DNA of 10,221 nucleotides from Candidatus Aenigmatarchaeota archaeon (GTDB lineage: Archaea; Aenigmatarchaeota; Aenigmatarchaeia; GW2011-AR5; JAGGXF01). This document shows positions 7,222-10,221 of the stretch, piece by piece; the stretch's first letter is position 1, and each line of letters opens with the position of its first letter. Under the pieces are notes generated by a model. The model had not been told where the DNA came from and searched no databases. It was given only the letters and a program-made list of their open reading frames with translations. Where the stretch lies: contig JAOZPR010000015.1 in NCBI GenBank assembly GCA_029932645.1, positions 8,015 through 18,235 of the forward strand, given 5' to 3'. A program made the translations under genes and the position numbers.

Positions 7222-7658
7222 AACTTCATCTTTTTCAAAACAGACAAGAGCTTTTCTTTCGCCTGCTTATAGTCGTTCAACAGCTCGCTAATGCGCTCCT
7301 CTAACAGCTGCTCCTGCCCAGGTAAATAATACCAATAGGCATACTCGCCCAATTTGAGGCCTTTGATAACCCTTCTTTTGATACCAAGACCGCGTTGCCT
7401 AGCAATATGATAGAAATCATTGTGCTTTTTTATCTCTTTCTTTATCAAAGCTGCTGGCATAGGACCTCTGCTACGCAAGACTTCCTTGAATTTTATCAGA
7501 GCGCCCTTACCAGGTCTTCGACTCTTCGAAACCCAGCTATAAACAGCCGAGTAGCTAAGACCAAGGGTTTTGGCTATATCTTTTATAGCTATGCCTCTTT
7601 CATGTAAATCCAGGGCCTTTTTATAATTCTGTGAATAGAATTCCTTGCCCCTGCGCAT
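7218..7658 (-). CDS. Helix-turn-helix domain protein, 146 aa, function unknown
   Basis: HTH 'ALDLHERGIAIKDIAKTLGLSYSAVYSWV' followed by a very basic C-terminal region. ATG 7658 is preceded by GGTG. The longer ORF (to 7721) runs through the C/D sRNA. Confidence 0.8.
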   Translation of the reverse strand: MRRGKEFYSQNYKKALDLHERGIAIKDIAKTLGLSYSAVYSWVSKSRRPGKGALIKFKEVLRSRGPMPAALIKKEIKKHNDFYHIARQRGLGIKRRVIKGLKLGEYAYWYYLPGQEQLLEERISELLNDYKQAKEKLLSVLKKMKL

Positions 7659-7692
7659 CAGAGCACCACACAAAATAAAATTAATTAGCAAT

Positions 7693-7758
7693 AATGGCTC
7701 AGAAGCTACCCATGCGGTCATCGTTGCCTCTCACTGGGACAGTGTCTTCATCGCCACT
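7693..7758 (-). ncRNA. Archaeal box C/D 2'-O-methylation guide sRNA (dual guide)
   Basis: Minus strand: AGUGGC-G-AUGAAGA(C)-CACUGUCCCAGU-GAGA(D')-GGCAACG-AUGACCG(C')-CAUGGGUAGCUU-CUGA(D)-GCCAUU. Terminal 6-bp stem AGUGGC/GCCAUU, GAU bulge with tandem GA pairs (K-turn), two 12-nt guides; GC-richer island in an AT-rich spacer. Confidence 0.82.
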
Positions 7759-7776
7759 TAAATACTGGTTGGGAAG

Positions 7777-7787
7777 GATTAAAAAAC
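7777..7787 (-). promoter_or_regulatory. Candidate TATA box for the C/D sRNA
   Basis: TTTTTTAAT on the minus strand, ~25 nt upstream of the predicted sRNA 5' end; may double as the oligo-T terminator of acs. Confidence 0.4.
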
Positions 7788-7788
7788 C

Positions 7789-7839
7789 AATCAATAAACA
7801 AAAGTGACAAAAAAGACAATCAATAATAAAATCAATAAT
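7789..7839. repeat. Three copies of AATCAATAA downstream of acs
   Basis: Exact 9-mers at 7789-7797, 7818-7826 and 7830-7838. Confidence 0.6.
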
Positions 7840-7850
7840 CAAAGTAATCA

Positions 7851-9590
7851 TCAAGACTCTTCCAAGGTTGATGTATCACCCACAGGAAGTCCGAGTTCTC
7901 TTGCCTTTAGTATCCTTCGCACAATCTTTCCGCTCCTGGTCTTTGGCAACGAATTCACGAATTCTATTTCCCTAGGATAAGCATGGCCAGCAAGCCCTTT
8001 TTTTACAAAGACCTTTAACTCATCAGCAAGCTTTTGTGAAGGTTTGTAGCCTTTAGCCAGCTTGACAAATGCCTTGATAATTTCCCCCCTTATCTTGTCT
8101 GGTTTTCCTATGACACCTGCCTCTATCACTGCGGGATGTTCAACCAATGCTGATTCCACCTCGAACGGACCAACACGCTCGCCCGCTGTTTTTATCACAT
8201 CATCATCGCGCGCGACAAACCAGAAATAACCGTCCTTGTCTACATAAGCACGGTCACCGCTTAAGTACCAGCCTTTCTCAAAATAGCTGTTGTACTTCTT
8301 CTTGTTCTTCCAGATTGCTCTCATCATAGAAGGCCACGGTGGCTTTGCCACAAGCCTACCTTCTTTGTTCGGACCGAGCTTCTTGCCTTTTTCATCTATG
8401 ACTGCTGTCTCAACACCAGGCACAGGCTTGCCCATCGAGCCCAGCTTAATATCCATGCATGGATAGTTCGCTATCATGATGCCGCCTGCCTCGGTCTGCC
8501 ACCAGTTATCGTGAAAGGGTATACCGAAAACCTTCATAGACCATCTGATTGGTTCTGGATTCAGCGGCTCGCCAACACTTGCCATATGCCTCAAACTGCT
8601 GAGGTCATATTTCTTTGGTATGTCTGTTCCAGCAGCCATAAGCAACCTGACAGCAGTTGGCGCACTGTACCAGACAGTCACATTATACTTGTCCAGTATG
8701 GAATACCATTTGTCCGGATTAAACCGACCAGAGTAGACAACAGTTGACGCGCCATTGGACCATGAACCAAGAATACCATAAGCAACACCAGTAACCCATC
8801 CTGGATCTGCTGTGCACCAGTAAACATCTTTCTCATGTATGTCCAGAACAAGCTTGGCAGTAAGATGCTCCTGCAATATTGCAGCATGGGCATGCATCAC
8901 ACCTTTTGGCTTTCCTGTTGTTCCGGATGTATATAACATGAACGCATAATCTTCTGGGTCCATTTTTCTTATCTTAAAATTCTCAGATGCCTTTCCCATT
9001 TCCTTCTGATAGCTTATTTCCCCTTTCTTTTCTGGCTTCTCTTCATCAATCACAATTATATGCTCCAAATCTGGCAGCTGTCTTTTAACCTTATATATCC
9101 TGTTCTTGAGCTCGCTGTTAGTCACGACAATTTTTGCTCCACTGTCTCCAAGCCTGTCTTTTATGCCTGAAGGACCAAAAGCAGAGAACATGGTTCCGGC
9201 AACAGCACCTGTCTTGAGAATACCAAGAAAGCTTATGTACAGCTCAGGTACCCTTGGTAAAAACAGGAAAACGTGTTCTGCTTTTTTTACTCCCAAGCCT
9301 TTCAATACATTTGCAAACTTATTAGACTCGTTCGCCAATTCCATGAAACTGAACTCTTTCTTGTCATCATCACTTTCCCAATAAAGAGCAACCTTGTTTT
9401 TTCGCCAAGTTTTCAGATGCCTATCAACAGCATTATATGCAGCGTTAATTTTACCACCTTTAAACCACTCTAATTCCTTTTTTGCATCTTTCCAGCTGAA
9501 CTTTTTTACCATTTTTTCATAATTCTTCATATTCGGCTCAATCTTGAGCATTTTTTTCGTTTTTTTGATGACCTCAACCTTCATTGCCAT
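7851..9590 (-). CDS. acsA: Acetyl-CoA synthetase (AMP-forming acetate--CoA ligase)
   Basis: 'INAAYNAVDRH', AMP-binding loop 'LYTSGTTGKPKG', 'YWCTADPGWVTG', 'SVGEPLNPE', 'DNWWQTEAG', 'GERVGPFEVESAL', 'LPKTRSGKIVRR', C-terminal 'GDTSTLE'. SD GAGGTG at 9599-9604. Confidence 0.96.
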   Translation of the reverse strand: MAMKVEVIKKTKKMLKIEPNMKNYEKMVKKFSWKDAKKELEWFKGGKINAAYNAVDRHLKTWRKNKVALYWESDDDKKEFSFMELANESNKFANVLKGLGVKKAEHVFLFLPRVPELYISFLGILKTGAVAGTMFSAFGPSGIKDRLGDSGAKIVVTNSELKNRIYKVKRQLPDLEHIIVIDEEKPEKKGEISYQKEMGKASENFKIRKMDPEDYAFMLYTSGTTGKPKGVMHAHAAILQEHLTAKLVLDIHEKDVYWCTADPGWVTGVAYGILGSWSNGASTVVYSGRFNPDKWYSILDKYNVTVWYSAPTAVRLLMAAGTDIPKKYDLSSLRHMASVGEPLNPEPIRWSMKVFGIPFHDNWWQTEAGGIMIANYPCMDIKLGSMGKPVPGVETAVIDEKGKKLGPNKEGRLVAKPPWPSMMRAIWKNKKKYNSYFEKGWYLSGDRAYVDKDGYFWFVARDDDVIKTAGERVGPFEVESALVEHPAVIEAGVIGKPDKIRGEIIKAFVKLAKGYKPSQKLADELKVFVKKGLAGHAYPREIEFVNSLPKTRSGKIVRRILKARELGLPVGDTSTLEES

Positions 9591-9598
9591 GTTTTTTT

Positions 9599-9604
9599 CA
9601 CCTC
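9599..9604 (-). promoter_or_regulatory. Shine-Dalgarno motif of acs
   Basis: GAGGTG followed by AAAAAAAC and the ATG at 9590. Confidence 0.75.
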
Positions 9605-9613
9605 ATTAAATGC

Positions 9614-9634
9614 AATTATTGATAAATTATTGAT
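9614..9634. repeat. Tandem AATTATTGAT direct repeat (11-bp period) upstream of acs
   Basis: Exact 10-mers at 9614-9623 and 9625-9634. Confidence 0.6.
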
Positions 9635-9760
9635 TATAGATGATATAATAAAATTACGCACATGGGTCATATTTATAGTTTGGCTGTCTTTCACGTGGCT
9701 TCACTCAGTTAGTAGTTAATTATTTATATGGGTCAACCATAACTATTTTCAGGTGATATA

Positions 9761-10162
9761 ATGAAAGGTATCACACCTGTAATAGCTATAGTTTTGTTAT
9801 TGATGATTACTATTGCCTTGATAGGCTTCGCATATGTCTGGTTCAACCGAATGGCATTAGGACTCGGTGGAACAATAGAAAACCAAACCAGCCAGACCGT
9901 GGGAAGCATGGGTAAAAAAATAAGGATAGAGGCGTGTAATGCTACATCAGGCGATGTTGTAATAAGAAACGTCGGGACCGAAAATATTAACATAGACACG
10001 GAATTGTCATTTATAGTAGGAAGTTCTCCAGACACATCTCCTGGCTGTAGTGGGTCTTTGGCACCGGGTGGTGTAACCACCTGCGAAGACGTTGGTATTA
10101 ATAGTGGACAGAAACTTATTGTCTCAGCGCCAGGAAACTCAGATGAAATTACTTGTGAATAA
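9761..10162 (+). CDS. Archaeal type IV pilin (class III signal peptide)
   Basis: 'MKG|ITPVIAIVLLLMITIALIGFAYVW' prepilin-peptidase site plus hydrophobic helix; 'VIRNVGT' motif; four Cys; sequons NQT and NAT. SD AGGTGAT at 9751-9757, TTTATA at 9723-9728. Confidence 0.92.
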   Translation: MKGITPVIAIVLLLMITIALIGFAYVWFNRMALGLGGTIENQTSQTVGSMGKKIRIEACNATSGDVVIRNVGTENINIDTELSFIVGSSPDTSPGCSGSLAPGGVTTCEDVGINSGQKLIVSAPGNSDEITCE

Positions 10163-10198
10163 TGTTTTATTCATGCCATGAAAAGATGAGGTGATTCG

Positions 10199-10221
10199 AT
10201 GAATCTTGGAGCAATTGGGAT
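10199..10221 (+). CDS. 5' end of a truncated gene (MNLGAIG...)
   Basis: Strong SD GAGGTGAT just upstream of ATG 10199; the frame is open to the window end. Confidence 0.5.

Noticed and set aside
7218..7658. IS transposase (HTH resembles transposase N-termini)
   Set aside because: No DDE or HUH domain, no terminal repeats around it, and it is translationally coupled to the radical SAM gene.
7659..7721. 21-codon N-terminal extension of the HTH ORF
   Set aside because: It overlaps the C/D sRNA, and ATG 7658 has its own GGTG SD motif just before the HTH domain.
7700..7756. Fluoride riboswitch, suggested by the GGCGAUG start and a later GAUGAC
   Set aside because: No nearby UCGCC to form the first stem and no pseudoknot complement; the C/D model explains the whole element.
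7789..7850. CRISPR-like array
   Set aside because: Repeats are only 9 nt, irregularly spaced, with no spacer-sized units and no cas genes in the window.
9680..9710. GC-richer patch with CACGTG palindrome and repeated TGGCT/TTCAC between acs and the pilin
   Set aside because: No convincing stem or correctly ordered C/D boxes; too short to distinguish from chance.
116..10080. Antisense and alternate-frame ORFs (e.g. 116-307, 905-1159, 1652-2047, 2372-2788, 3215-3625, 3641-4012, 9106-9384, 9733-10080)
   Set aside because: All shadow well-supported genes and lack recognisable motifs or start signals.

Overview
Gene-dense, AT-rich archaeal window. Evidence for Archaea: TATA boxes ~25 nt upstream of leaderless ATGs, (GA)GGTG(A) Shine-Dalgarno motifs, a class III signal-peptide pilin and a four-subunit POR-type operon. 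The compact style suggests a DPANN lineage such as Aenigmarchaeota (inference only). Gene order: membrane-anchored Mrr-like nuclease (-); small membrane protein, YjbQ, CPA1/NhaP-type antiporter and porC-D-A-B-like operon (+); endonuclease V, PflX-like radical SAM, HTH protein, an unannotated box C/D guide sRNA and AMP-forming acetyl-CoA synthetase (-); type IV pilin and the start of a further gene (+). Main observations: (1) a 66-nt dual-guide C/D sRNA at 7693-7758 hidden under a spurious ORF extension, with guides resembling 23S rRNA domain V, heading an HTH-radical SAM-EndoV cluster; (2) an intact POR-like operon that keeps all Fe-S cysteines but appears to have lost the ThDP-activating Glu and two of three pyruvate-binding residues; (3) inverted tandem ATCAATAAT motifs bracketing a Bacillus-type acsA. 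All family assignments come from recalled motifs; no searches were run.
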